From: Acidimicrobiaceae bacterium
GTDB lineage: Bacteria; Actinomycetota; Acidimicrobiia; Acidimicrobiales; UBA8592
DNA: 60,516 bases
Direction: 5' to 3'
Assembly: GCA_002712325.1 (NCBI GenBank)
Contig: PATH01000001.1
Span: forward strand, 13,191 to 73,706
Program-made: the position numbers and the translations under genes
The notes under the pieces: generated by a model
What the model was told of the DNA's origin: nothing
Databases searched by the model: none
Seen by the model: only the letters and a program-made list of their open reading frames with translations
In this document: in pieces, positions 39,184-48,834 of the stretch
Numbering within the stretch: the first letter of the stretch is position 1
Layout: every line of letters begins with the position of its first letter

Positions 39184-40038
39184 TTATCTACTAATTGCAT
39201 CGGAGATAACATTTTCTATACCAGCAATGGAAGCATTCTGACCTGTCCAGAGCAGGAACTGCAGAAGGGCCTGATGTATCAACATCCCCAAACCAGAGAA
39301 AGTTGACGCACCCAAACTTTTAGCTTGGCGAAGAAACTCTGTCTCAATGGGGTTATAGACAAGGTCTATTACAGTTTGGTTGGCAGACAGAAACTGAATT
39401 GGCACTGGCAGCAACGGTTCTGTAGCTGTACCGACCATTCCAAGCGGTGTTGAGTTTACGACAATGTCGCATGCGGCAAGATCTTCATAGCTACCGATCC
39501 TTGCATTAGGCCCGCCAAGAGAAGCAGCTTTCTCAGCTTTCTGTTTGCTTCTATTAACAACGATAATCTCTTTTGCCTGATTCTTTCCCAAACTATAAAC
39601 GACAGAACGGGCTGCGCCCCCAGCTCCAATGATTGCGAGGGTCTTTTCATGAAGAGGTACATTGAGTTGTGACCTCAAAGCATTGATGAAACCATCTCCA
39701 TCTGTATTATCACCCATGAGGTCGTCGCCATCCCAGTAGACGCAATTGACTGCGTTCAATTTTTTAGCAGTTTCGGTCAAACCATCCAGATGAGGAATTA
39801 GAGCTTCTTTCAAAGGCATTGTCACAGATAAACCGCGTATATTCTTTTCTCTGACTGCGGCTATGCATTCACTTGCTTCATTTTCTGAGACCTCAATTGC
39901 ATGGTAAATCCAATTTAGTTTCTCTTGCTTAAATGCAGTGTTGTGAATCAGTGGGGAAAGTGAATGCGCTATTGGCTTACCCACAACAGCAGCAGTGAAC
40001 TTGAGATCGTTAACTTCAGGAAATTCAACCACAACCAA
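39184..40038 (-). CDS. aroE: Shikimate dehydrogenase
   Basis: G.PIAHSLSPLIHN, SVTMPLK, NTDGDG, GAGGAAR, GLGMLIHQA. Exact start uncertain (40038 or 40032). Confidence 0.95.
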   Translation of the reverse strand: MVVVEFPEVNDLKFTAAVVGKPIAHSLSPLIHNTAFKQEKLNWIYHAIEVSENEASECIAAVREKNIRGLSVTMPLKEALIPHLDGLTETAKKLNAVNCVYWDGDDLMGDNTDGDGFINALRSQLNVPLHEKTLAIIGAGGAARSVVYSLGKNQAKEIIVVNRSKQKAEKAASLGGPNARIGSYEDLAACDIVVNSTPLGMVGTATEPLLPVPIQFLSANQTVIDLVYNPIETEFLRQAKSLGASTFSGLGMLIHQALLQFLLWTGQNASIAGIENVISDAISR

Positions 40039-41335
40039 GGTCTCTTTCTATGCATATAAGAACAGCCTCGTTAAAGTCTTCTAGAGTGACAGCGAATGTG
40101 TGGGACCCAATTCCAAACTCATCTGTTCGCACATAATACAACCAATCTCCTTGAATTGGTTCAAGGGCTGCCTCTATTGATGCCCTTCCTGGGGCACTTA
40201 TTGGGGTTGGAGGTAACCCTGTAACAAGTCTTGTATTATAAGGAGAGTCAACTGCTAAATCGCTGAGAGTTAATTCTCTGTCCCCGCCAAGAGCATAGAC
40301 GATAGTTGCATCAATCCCCAGTGGAATTGAACGCTCCAGCCGGTTGTAAATTACCCTTGCTATCTTCCCTCTCTCTTCTTCGAGTGCCGCTTCTTCTTCG
40401 ATTAGTGATGCAATAATCAGGACCTCATAAGGGCTTACCCCCAGAGCGCTAGCAGGGTTCATCAACCCAGTTTCTGCTGCCACAATATCGAATTGGGAAA
40501 TCATTCTCTCAAGGAGATTCTGCTCATCCGCAAGCGATGCTTCATCTACGTCGTAAGTCTCAGGAAAGAAGATGCCCTCTTTGATGAAACTTAATGTGAT
40601 ACCAAGGCTGGAAGGGGTTTCAGAACTTTCAATAGCTCGTTTAAGTTCGTCCGAATTAAAGTCCGGCAGCTGGCCTAGAAGAGTTTCCTGCATCTCGACT
40701 AGCGTTAAACCTTCGGGAATTGTTACAAAGAATCTATCATCCGGAATTTCAAGTGGTCCGGCCAATAGATTTTCTTTAACATCCCAAGCTGAGCTATTTA
40801 TCTGAAATGTATAGATACCAGCTTGGAAATCGGAAGCGCTTTTGAATCTTAAGTAATACCTAAAGACAGTTGCATTGGCAACAATATCGTTATCTGCAAG
40901 AATTCTTGCAATGTCATCTGCTGTTGCCCCTTGTGGGATTTCAATGGTGACAGCTATGCCTGGTTCGCCTGGCGGATCAAGTTGATCATCAATCCATCCT
41001 TTGACAAAACTGTATGTTGCCAAAGACAGGATGAGCAACACACCCACAAATATTCCGAAGCGAATCGCTGTGCTTGTTCTCCTTGGGAGACGTTCCCAGT
41101 CTCGGTCGTCATAGTATTCGTCTTCGTACCAGGGTGGCAGGTCTTGCGGGTAAATATCTTTAGAACTTGAGCTTCCTATTTGAGCACTTTCATTACTCGT
41201 TTCATATGCGCCCAAAAAAAAGTTTTCGTATGGGGTGCCATGACTTCCTTGATCTGACTTTTTGTGGTCGGTATCAGGGTATACGGATTGACTTTCTGAG
41301 TCTGCGTGCTCAGATTCTTTGTCGTCACCACTCAT
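40025..41335 (-). CDS. mltG: Endolytic transglycosylase MltG (YceG)
   Basis: Single TM helix, IASLIEEE catalytic Glu, VIYNRL, DSPYNT..GLPPTPI; between ruvX and aroE. Confidence 0.94.
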   Translation of the reverse strand: MSGDDKESEHADSESQSVYPDTDHKKSDQGSHGTPYENFFLGAYETSNESAQIGSSSSKDIYPQDLPPWYEDEYYDDRDWERLPRRTSTAIRFGIFVGVLLILSLATYSFVKGWIDDQLDPPGEPGIAVTIEIPQGATADDIARILADNDIVANATVFRYYLRFKSASDFQAGIYTFQINSSAWDVKENLLAGPLEIPDDRFFVTIPEGLTLVEMQETLLGQLPDFNSDELKRAIESSETPSSLGITLSFIKEGIFFPETYDVDEASLADEQNLLERMISQFDIVAAETGLMNPASALGVSPYEVLIIASLIEEEAALEEERGKIARVIYNRLERSIPLGIDATIVYALGGDRELTLSDLAVDSPYNTRLVTGLPPTPISAPGRASIEAALEPIQGDWLYYVRTDEFGIGSHTFAVTLEDFNEAVLICIERDLGCG

Positions 41336-41778
41336 GTAACTGGTCCGGGTCTTAGATCTTTTGAAGTATTGAAAGAATCAATCCATCCCTGCAAAATAAT
41401 TGCAGCAGCTACCTTATCAATGACACTCTTTCTTTTATCGCGCTTTACGTTTTGCTGAAGAAGCATTTGTTCAGCAGTCACTGTAGTGAACCGCTCATCA
41501 TGGGTTTGGATTGGTATATCCGTTAGGCGTTTAAGCTTTTCTATTTCGTTAATGACAGATTTAGCTGACGCGCCCAGAGTCCCATCTAATGAAATTGGAA
41601 GACCTACAATGATTTTATTTACTTCCCACTCAAGAGCGATCTTTAGAATTGCGATATGGTCCTTTTCTATATTGTCCGCTCTCTTGATAACTTCATACGG
41701 TGTGGCCACTGTTATATCCGAGTTGCTTAATGCAACTCCTATCCTTTTGGACCCTAAATCAAGCCCAATGACTCTCAC
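41332..41778 (-). CDS. ruvX: Holliday junction resolvase-like / pre-16S maturation nuclease YqgF
   Basis: GLDLGSKRIGVA, VGLP, DERFTT, DKVAAAIILQ. Confidence 0.96.
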   Translation of the reverse strand: MRVIGLDLGSKRIGVALSNSDITVATPYEVIKRADNIEKDHIAILKIALEWEVNKIIVGLPISLDGTLGASAKSVINEIEKLKRLTDIPIQTHDERFTTVTAEQMLLQQNVKRDKRKSVIDKVAAAIILQGWIDSFNTSKDLRPGPVT

Positions 41779-44345
41779 CCTAACTCCGCTTTTTGTCGAG
41801 CTAATTGGATAGCTTCTTTCAAAGCAGCGCTGTCTTTTCCACCGGCTATGGCAAATTCTTTGCCCTTGCCACCACCACCCTTTATCAGTTTTGTAGATTC
41901 ACTTATCAGATCGGATGCGTCGAGGTTAGACCCTATTGGTACTCCTGCGGCTAACGCTACCCCGCCACTTTCTAAAACCACTCCAAGAATTACAGCTTTA
42001 ATATCTTCGCTTTTGCACAGAGAAAATATTAAATCTCTCATATCTTCTCGACCAAGACCGTCAACCTGTTCGGCTATAATTCCGTCCTTTGCCTGACCAA
42101 GGAGTGTGCCAAGTGAACTTTGGATAATTGATTTCCGCAGCCCGCCTAATTCGATTGTCAGCTCATCGATTTCTCGATTCTTCTTTGCCACTCCTTCTAT
42201 AAGGCCTGATGATGGTACACCGAGATCATTTGAGACTTCTTCGATTAGGTCCTGTTGCTTACGAATAAGGTCAATGGTTCCTAGACCCGAAACTGCTTCA
42301 ATGCGTCGTATATTTGATCCGATTGACCCTTCACTTAATATCTTCATTGGCCCTATGTCGCTGAGGTTATGCACATGCGTTCCTCCACATAGCTCAACAG
42401 AGAATTCGCCAGCTTTTAAAACACGTACTTCATCACCATATTTATCCCCAAAGAAAGCTAGTGCACCTAATTCCTTTGCGTCTTCCATTGTGGTTTCAAC
42501 AATTTCGACAGTAGACCCTGAGAAGATCTCTCTGTTGACGAGGTCCTCGATCTCCTGTATCTCATCTTTTGTGAGGGCTGCAAAATGACTGAAATCAAAT
42601 CGAAGGCGTTCGGGACCTACCCATGACCCCTGCTGTTTGACGTGATCACCTAAAACCGTTCGTAGCGCCCAATGCAACAGATGAGTACCTGTATGATGGC
42701 GCTGAATTTTAAGTCGCCTCTTGCCTTCGATCGTAGCTGTAGCGGTGTCACCGATTTTCATTAATCCATCTACGTGTTGTATTGCGTGCAAATAATGACC
42801 GCTGGGCGTTGACGTTGTGTTAATAATTGTGAGGGTTCCGTTGTCGTTTGTGATGATGCCGGTATCTCCAACTTGACCACCCGCTTCAGCATAAAAAGGG
42901 GTTTTGTCAAGAACCACAAAATTATCATCTAGATGAAGGATCTCTGCGGTGCTTTCATGTTTGTCGTGCCCTTCAAAAGTTGTAGTTGGCAACTTTTCAA
43001 TAGCTTTTTGGAGCAGTGGGTCTAGATTAGATGAACCACTTCTTATTGTTGATTCTGCTTTACCCCTTTCTCTTTGGAGATTCATTGCATCATTGAATTG
43101 TTGGATATCTATTGGAATTTTTCTTTCAGCAGCGATTTCCTGAGTTAGCTCCATAGGAAATCCATATGTGTCATGCAATTGAAAAGCGACCTTTCCACTT
43201 AGTGTTTCAGTCTCTCTTATTTGCGATAGGTGCCCTTCGAGAATTTTCATCCCCGCTGAGAGTGTTTTCCGGAAACCTTCCTCTTCGCGTTGCAATGTAT
43301 CCTTGATGAGTTTTCTATTCTCTGCCAGATCTGGATAGGCATCGTCCATCAGCGTTATGACAGCGTCTGCTAGCTCAGACATAACAGGCGTCTCTACCCC
43401 CAGAAGGTAGGCATGTCGGACAGCTCGCCGAACGATACGGCGGAGAACATATCCTCTATCTTCGTTACTTGGAATAACTCCGTCATTGATCAAAAAGGTG
43501 CTGGACCTGGCATGGTCAACTAAAATTTGTAACGAGATAAGAGTGCTATGGCCAGCATCTTTAGATACTCCTGTGGTCTCTTCTGCAGATTCAAGGAGTT
43601 TTTGAAATTCATCTAGCTCCCAAACAGCATCCACATTTTGAATTACTGATAGAACTCGTTCGAGCCCTGCACCTGTGTCAATTGATGGTTTTGGAAGCGG
43701 AATCTGCTCGCCATCTGCTTGCTGATCGTATTGCATAAAAACAAGATTCCAGATTTCAACATATCGCTCATCAGAATCAGGGTTTTCAGGTCCTCCCGGA
43801 GGCCCGTACTTTTCGCCCTTGTCCCAAAAGATCTCTGAGCAGGGACCATTGGGTCCAGTATCAGCCATTCGCCACCAATTATCTTCATCTAGTCTTTGAA
43901 TACGGTCCTGCGGGACACCTACTTTTTCTTCCCATATCTGAGCAGCTTCATCATCCGAATGATGAACAGTCACCCAAAGTCGTTCGGGATCTAGCTGGAG
44001 TACATCAGTAATAAACTCCCATGCTAGAGGAATAGCATCCTCTTTGAAATAGTCTCCAAAGCTGAAATTTCCCATCATTTCGAAAAAAGTTAGGTGCCTA
44101 CTGGTTCGACCAACCTCGTCCAAGTCATTATGCTTCCCCCCAGCTCGCACACACTTTTGAACTGTTGTAGCACGTTTGTATGGTGGATTTTCAACGCCTA
44201 AGAAGTAGTTTTTGAAAGGCACCATTCCTGCATTCGTGAAAAGGATTGTATCATCATGCGGGATCAAGCTTGAAGAGGGCACAACTTCATGTCCTCGTTT
44301 TTCAAAAAAAGTCGTAAATGCGCTTCTGAGTTCTCTGGCTTTCAT
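41775..44345 (-). CDS. alaS: Alanine--tRNA ligase
   Basis: FTNAGMVPFK, FFEMMGNFSFGDYFK, IDTGAGLER, HHTGTHLLH, ELCGGTH. Start trimmed to MKARE at 44345. Confidence 0.98.
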   Translation of the reverse strand: MKARELRSAFTTFFEKRGHEVVPSSSLIPHDDTILFTNAGMVPFKNYFLGVENPPYKRATTVQKCVRAGGKHNDLDEVGRTSRHLTFFEMMGNFSFGDYFKEDAIPLAWEFITDVLQLDPERLWVTVHHSDDEAAQIWEEKVGVPQDRIQRLDEDNWWRMADTGPNGPCSEIFWDKGEKYGPPGGPENPDSDERYVEIWNLVFMQYDQQADGEQIPLPKPSIDTGAGLERVLSVIQNVDAVWELDEFQKLLESAEETTGVSKDAGHSTLISLQILVDHARSSTFLINDGVIPSNEDRGYVLRRIVRRAVRHAYLLGVETPVMSELADAVITLMDDAYPDLAENRKLIKDTLQREEEGFRKTLSAGMKILEGHLSQIRETETLSGKVAFQLHDTYGFPMELTQEIAAERKIPIDIQQFNDAMNLQRERGKAESTIRSGSSNLDPLLQKAIEKLPTTTFEGHDKHESTAEILHLDDNFVVLDKTPFYAEAGGQVGDTGIITNDNGTLTIINTTSTPSGHYLHAIQHVDGLMKIGDTATATIEGKRRLKIQRHHTGTHLLHWALRTVLGDHVKQQGSWVGPERLRFDFSHFAALTKDEIQEIEDLVNREIFSGSTVEIVETTMEDAKELGALAFFGDKYGDEVRVLKAGEFSVELCGGTHVHNLSDIGPMKILSEGSIGSNIRRIEAVSGLGTIDLIRKQQDLIEEVSNDLGVPSSGLIEGVAKKNREIDELTIELGGLRKSIIQSSLGTLLGQAKDGIIAEQVDGLGREDMRDLIFSLCKSEDIKAVILGVVLESGGVALAAGVPIGSNLDASDLISESTKLIKGGGGKGKEFAIAGGKDSAALKEAIQLARQKAELG

Positions 44346-44433
44346 TAAAACAATCCTACAGTGCAATAACTACGCATAATTTTATGCCACCGCATTGTTA
44401 CGTTACTGCGCGCCCTTAGCTTCTACCAGTTTA

Positions 44434-44700
44434 TTAATCGTTGAGGATCAGGACGCCGCTTTGAGCTCTTTTCCCGACACGGTTGGGCACTCTATCTTGA
44501 TATTTTGTTGCGATTCGTTTACCTTCATCTGCCACACCCGAAATCGTTGATTTCGTAGCTTTAACGCTATTTTCAATAAAATTTGTAGCTACAGAAGCCG
44601 TGTAATCAGCCGTGCGTTTTTTGACTACTCGTTTCATCCAAAGAGACGAACTAAGTCCAGCTCCAAATCCTGCCGCAATCCAGATAATTCTCTTAACCAT
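44434..44700 (-). CDS. Small basic membrane-anchored hypothetical protein (DUF6167-like)
   Basis: N-terminal hydrophobic RIIWIAAGFGAGL; leaderless -10 TATGGT; a similar small gene often precedes alaS in Actinobacteria. Confidence 0.65.
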   Translation of the reverse strand: MVKRIIWIAAGFGAGLSSSLWMKRVVKKRTADYTASVATNFIENSVKATKSTISGVADEGKRIATKYQDRVPNRVGKRAQSGVLILND

Positions 44701-44855
44701 ACGTATACCATACCTGAGATGGAGGCCTTTACAAGCCAGTTCTAGCCTTCGTTGTCAGTAGCCTACGTCATCGGCTCATTAGTGCAGAGACATCTTCTAA
44801 ATTGCGGTTTTGGATATGTGCGGACACACTTGCTTCGTTAAGGTATTATTATCTT

Positions 44856-45089
44856 ATGACTTCTCTTGATTCCAATCGGTTTGAAGTAACAAGTTTTGAG
44901 GATGTCATGCCTCCTGCTCAAAGCTACAAGGATGGCAACCCTACGATAATCAATTTAATTGCCGAGCCTAAAGACGTCGGTAGAAGGATTGTCGATTTTT
45001 TTTCTGGCTTAGCATTCGGAACAGAAGGAACTTTTGAAAAGGTAGCGGAAGGCATCTACCTGATTACCCCACCAGATAAAAACGAATAG
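44856..45089 (+). CDS. SepF-domain protein (core only, 77 aa)
   Basis: SFED...G.PTIINL...RRIVDFFSGLAFGTEG..EKVAEGIYLITP is the SepF FtsZ-binding core; leaderless -10 TATTAT 6 nt before the ATG. Confidence 0.85.
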   Translation: MTSLDSNRFEVTSFEDVMPPAQSYKDGNPTIINLIAEPKDVGRRIVDFFSGLAFGTEGTFEKVAEGIYLITPPDKNE

Positions 45090-45090
45090 G

Positions 45091-46830
45091 TTAGGTTGTA
45101 TCTGGGGCTAACCTTAAGCCCAACTCTTCAAGGTGGGTTACATCGAGTGGAGTTGGAGCGTTAGTCAATGGGTCACTCCCTGACTGTGTTTTCGGGAAAG
45201 CAATGACTTCTCGGATATTTTCTTCACCTGCGAGCAAAGCAACGAGACGATCAATGCCAAAGGCGAATCCAGCATGAGGAGGTGCTCCATATTTAAAGGC
45301 ATCAAGCAAGAATCCGAATTTCTGTTCGGCTTCTTCATCTTGAATCCCTAATAGGTTGAAAATCTTTGCTTGGATATCTTTTTTGTGAATCCTCACGCTC
45401 CCTGAGCCCAATTCCCAGCCATTGAGGACAAGGTCATAAGCTTGAGACCGAATTGATAAATAGTCATCTCCCGAGACATCGTCAAGCATCTCAAGGTCAT
45501 CTGGGTGAGGCATAGTGAAAGGGTGATGAGCAGGTATTGGTTCGCCACTGTCTGTTACGGATTCAAATAGTGGGAATTCTGTAATCCATAGGAAATTTAA
45601 TCCACCTTCTCCAACGGGAGGTCGAGCTAACTCTAGCCTTAGCAACCCTAATATATGATTGACGGTTCTTCTTCTGTCAGCAATTACAAAAACCATATCG
45701 CCTGCGTTCGCCCCCATCGAGGATGCGAGTTGGGATACTTCTTCTTCTGACATGAACTTTGTAAGAGCCCCCTCCAAAGATGAATTCTCACCAACCCTAA
45801 ACCATGCGAGCCCTTTTGCTCCCCAACTTTGACACTTTTCAGTTAACGCATCTATAGCATTTCTTCCCAGTATTTCTGCGCCGTTCTGGTACAGGATCCC
45901 TTTAACACAGTCGACTTTAAAGACATTGGCTTCTGTTTCTTGAAAGATGTCTGATAGCTCTATAAGTTCCATTCCGAACCTAGTGTCAGGCTTATCAGAG
46001 CCAAAACGCTCCATTGCTTCATGCCATGTCATAGTGGGTATCTCACCTGGCCTGTTTCCTGTAATGCTCTCTACGGAATCTTTAACCGCTTCAGAAACAA
46101 ATAACAACACATCCTCTTGCGTCACGAAGCTTGCTTCCATATCAAGTTGCATAAACTCAAATTGTCTATCAGCCCTGAGATCCTCGTCCCTGAGACAACG
46201 GGCAATTTGGTAGTACCTATCAATGCCCCCAACCATGCATAATTGCTTAAAGATTTGTGGGCTTTGAGGCAATGCATAGAAATTGGCTGGATGTAGTCTT
46301 GAAGGAACAACAAAGTCTCTGGCGCCTTCCGGCGTAGATGCAATCAACATAGGAGTTTCTACTTCTACAAATCCCTGCTTTTCCATTGCGTTTCGAATTG
46401 CACTGTTGACTTGAGCTCGTATTCTCAAATTTCTTTGCATACGTGTTTTTCTCAAATCAAGATATCGGTGTCTTAACCTGATATTCTCGTCAACTTCTGA
46501 GCGTTCGTGCATAGGGAATGGTGGAGGTTCAGCAGATGATAAAAGTTCTACGGAGCAGTCTCCGAGTTCGACTTCACCGGTAGATAGTTTTTCATTACTT
46601 TTCCCTTCGAATCGTGATCGCACAGTTCCGGTAATTGCGACAACATACTCTGATCGAAGATCTAGCTTTTCATCTACCACGCATTGAATAATGCCAGTGT
46701 GGTCACGGAGATCAATGAAAGCTAGATGTTCACTATGGACTCGGCGAGTATCTACCCAGCCACAAACGGTGACAATTGAATCGATATGGCTTGATCTGAG
46801 CTCGCCGCAGTAGTGAGTTCGCATAGTCAT
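45091..46830 (-). CDS. aspS: Aspartate--tRNA ligase (probably non-discriminating Asp/Asn)
   Basis: MRTHYCG, STPEGARDF, PQSPQIFKQ, RDEDLRADRQ, GAPPHAG. His in RRVH and Gly in RFEG fit the non-discriminating type. Confidence 0.97.
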   Translation of the reverse strand: MTMRTHYCGELRSSHIDSIVTVCGWVDTRRVHSEHLAFIDLRDHTGIIQCVVDEKLDLRSEYVVAITGTVRSRFEGKSNEKLSTGEVELGDCSVELLSSAEPPPFPMHERSEVDENIRLRHRYLDLRKTRMQRNLRIRAQVNSAIRNAMEKQGFVEVETPMLIASTPEGARDFVVPSRLHPANFYALPQSPQIFKQLCMVGGIDRYYQIARCLRDEDLRADRQFEFMQLDMEASFVTQEDVLLFVSEAVKDSVESITGNRPGEIPTMTWHEAMERFGSDKPDTRFGMELIELSDIFQETEANVFKVDCVKGILYQNGAEILGRNAIDALTEKCQSWGAKGLAWFRVGENSSLEGALTKFMSEEEVSQLASSMGANAGDMVFVIADRRRTVNHILGLLRLELARPPVGEGGLNFLWITEFPLFESVTDSGEPIPAHHPFTMPHPDDLEMLDDVSGDDYLSIRSQAYDLVLNGWELGSGSVRIHKKDIQAKIFNLLGIQDEEAEQKFGFLLDAFKYGAPPHAGFAFGIDRLVALLAGEENIREVIAFPKTQSGSDPLTNAPTPLDVTHLEELGLRLAPDTT

Positions 46831-48104
46831 TTTGTCGTCTCCTGTAACATTTCTGGTAATATCTTCGCTAGTGACTGGCGGTCTAGAACAGTTTGTATTC
46901 CATCGCCTCTTAAGTCTCGAAGGGTAACCTGATTTTCATTGAGTTCATCAGTTCCTATGATGATTGCTAGTTGAGCACCTGATCTGTCAGCTGCCTTCAT
47001 TTGTGCTTTCATTGACCGTTGATCAAAACTTCTATCTACGCTTAATCCTATTTGGCGCAACTCGTCTGATAAAACAAGCGCTTCACCCCCGCCGGTAGTG
47101 TCGACAATAAAAATCTCTATATTGTCAACACTTTGAGATACATTTTCTGCTTCACAGGCTAGTAATGTTCGATCTATTCCGATAGCGAAACCGATACCCT
47201 CGGTTGGTGGGCCTCCTAAAGCTTCAACAAGCCCGTCATATCGACCTCCTCCCCCCACAGCATTCTGCGCAGTGTCAAGGTTGGGAGCAACGAATTCAAA
47301 TGTTGTTTTTGTATAGTAATCTAAGCCTCGTACCAGTCTGGGAGCTAAATCGTAGTCTATTCCTAAGAGAGAGAGACCTTCTTGAACAATTTGGAAATGC
47401 TTATTTGAATCATCATTTAGGAAATCAGTTATGAAGGGCGCATTTTGTATTATTTCTTGGTCTTTTTCTCGCTTTGAATCCAGAACCCGTAGGGGGTTTT
47501 TAAGCATTGTCTCTTGTGACTGCTCACTCAAGTTAACCTGGTTCAAATTCAAATAGTTAGTCAGTGCGTCATTATAGTTACCTCTAGTTTCAGTATCACC
47601 CAGTGAATTAAGAAGTAGCTTGGTATTCGCTAATCCTGTTTTTTGAAAAAATCTCGAAGCCATGGATATGATCTCTACATCAGCGTGAGGGTCAGGAGAT
47701 CCCAGCAATTCTGCTCCGACTTGGAGAAATTGTCGGTATCGGCCTGCCTGTGGTTTTTCATACCTAAATTGAGGTCCTTCGTACCAGACTTTCCATGGTG
47801 TTACTGGCCTATGCTGAGCGAAAGCTCGACAAATGCTCGCTGTAAGTTCTGGCCGCAAAACAAGGTGTTGGGGGTTTTTGGGATCCTTGTCAAAGAGGTC
47901 GAACATTTCCTTGGTGACTATCTCTGAGCTATGGCCAAGACGCTGGAATACTCCGATATCTTCAAATATCGGTGAAATAATTTGGTTATAACCACCTGAA
48001 TTTAAGGTTTCTTCAAAGAGACGTAGGAGCGCACTGACCCTATTTGTTTCCGGAGCCATAATATCTCTGGTCCCTTTAGGGGCTTGGTATTGTGATTTAC
48101 TCAT
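46827..48104 (-). CDS. hisS: Histidine--tRNA ligase
   Basis: PKGTRD, LRPELTA, FRYEKPQAGRYRQF, LVRGLDYY, GGGRYDGL. Confidence 0.98.
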   Translation of the reverse strand: MSKSQYQAPKGTRDIMAPETNRVSALLRLFEETLNSGGYNQIISPIFEDIGVFQRLGHSSEIVTKEMFDLFDKDPKNPQHLVLRPELTASICRAFAQHRPVTPWKVWYEGPQFRYEKPQAGRYRQFLQVGAELLGSPDPHADVEIISMASRFFQKTGLANTKLLLNSLGDTETRGNYNDALTNYLNLNQVNLSEQSQETMLKNPLRVLDSKREKDQEIIQNAPFITDFLNDDSNKHFQIVQEGLSLLGIDYDLAPRLVRGLDYYTKTTFEFVAPNLDTAQNAVGGGGRYDGLVEALGGPPTEGIGFAIGIDRTLLACEAENVSQSVDNIEIFIVDTTGGGEALVLSDELRQIGLSVDRSFDQRSMKAQMKAADRSGAQLAIIIGTDELNENQVTLRDLRGDGIQTVLDRQSLAKILPEMLQETTK

Positions 48105-48167
48105 GTGGCAAGACTACAGGGTTGATGGTCTTTATGGTGATATTAAAGATGAGAGTCAAATGTGCAG

Positions 48168-48776
48168 CTAATCGGATTTGTGCCAGTGATACTCTAAGGC
48201 GTCTGATAAGCGGTTCACGGCGGCATCAATAGCTAGAATGTCATACCCTTGAGACTCAGTCACTGTAAACAGGGCCCACCGTATTTGATCAGCAGAAAGT
48301 AGTTTAGGTGTTTCGCTGTCAGGGTTATATTGATCAGCCTTGATTTGCTGTATTTCTTCATTTGTTGATTCTTCAAATAGCTGAAGTGTGTCAGCGATTA
48401 AATCTAGAAATTTATCTACTTCTTCTCTTTCATATCCAATTTCTTCAACCATTGGAGGTGAGAGGTCTCTTAACCTGTTGCTTGTAATCGTTGGAATTGA
48501 AGTAAGGGATTGATGCGTTCCGAGATGTGGCTTCAATCCATCGGCTGACGATGTATTTGGATTTAGCGTCTTTTGATTGAGTTGAAAGTCTAAATAGTCA
48601 TCAACCTCTTGAGGGTCATAGCCTTTCTTCTTAGTGAGTGAAAACTTTATGCGATGGAGTTTCTTGGCAGCTATTTTAGTCTTCCCGTCTGCTTGCCATT
48701 TCATTAATTTCCGAAGGAAGAGGTCAACTTCCTGAATATTGTATCCATCGCTCTGAACAATCCTGAATTTCATCAT
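48168..48776 (-). CDS. DivIVA-domain repeat protein
   Basis: Four GY...EVD-type motifs (GYNIQEVDLFL, GYDPQEVDDYL, GYEREEVDKFL, GYDILAIDAAV). Start uncertain: first ATG outside rel is 48776; the track start 48908 overlaps rel. Confidence 0.78.
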   Translation of the reverse strand: MMKFRIVQSDGYNIQEVDLFLRKLMKWQADGKTKIAAKKLHRIKFSLTKKKGYDPQEVDDYLDFQLNQKTLNPNTSSADGLKPHLGTHQSLTSIPTITSNRLRDLSPPMVEEIGYEREEVDKFLDLIADTLQLFEESTNEEIQQIKADQYNPDSETPKLLSADQIRWALFTVTESQGYDILAIDAAVNRLSDALEYHWHKSD

Positions 48777-48834
48777 TAATTCGCGTTGAGAGGTGTCTGG
48801 GTGTAGTCGTGCCCAGTCTTTTGATTGGCGAATG

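Noticed and set aside
42106-42588. Long antisense ORFs (e.g. 42106..42588, 49001..49480, 54994..55557)
   Set aside because: They mirror highly conserved genes on the opposite strand and have the Ser/Ile/Pro-rich composition typical of antisense shadows; no SD, promoter or motif support.
44374-44387. Palindrome GCATAATTTTATGC upstream of alaS resembling an ARG box
   Set aside because: Half-site spacing is 2 bp longer than in the argC boxes, it is single rather than tandem, and AT-rich palindromes arise by chance.
44823-44827. GACAC (WhiA-type motif) upstream of the SepF-like gene
   Set aside because: A 5-mer is not significant and it coincides with the expected -35 position (cgGACA).
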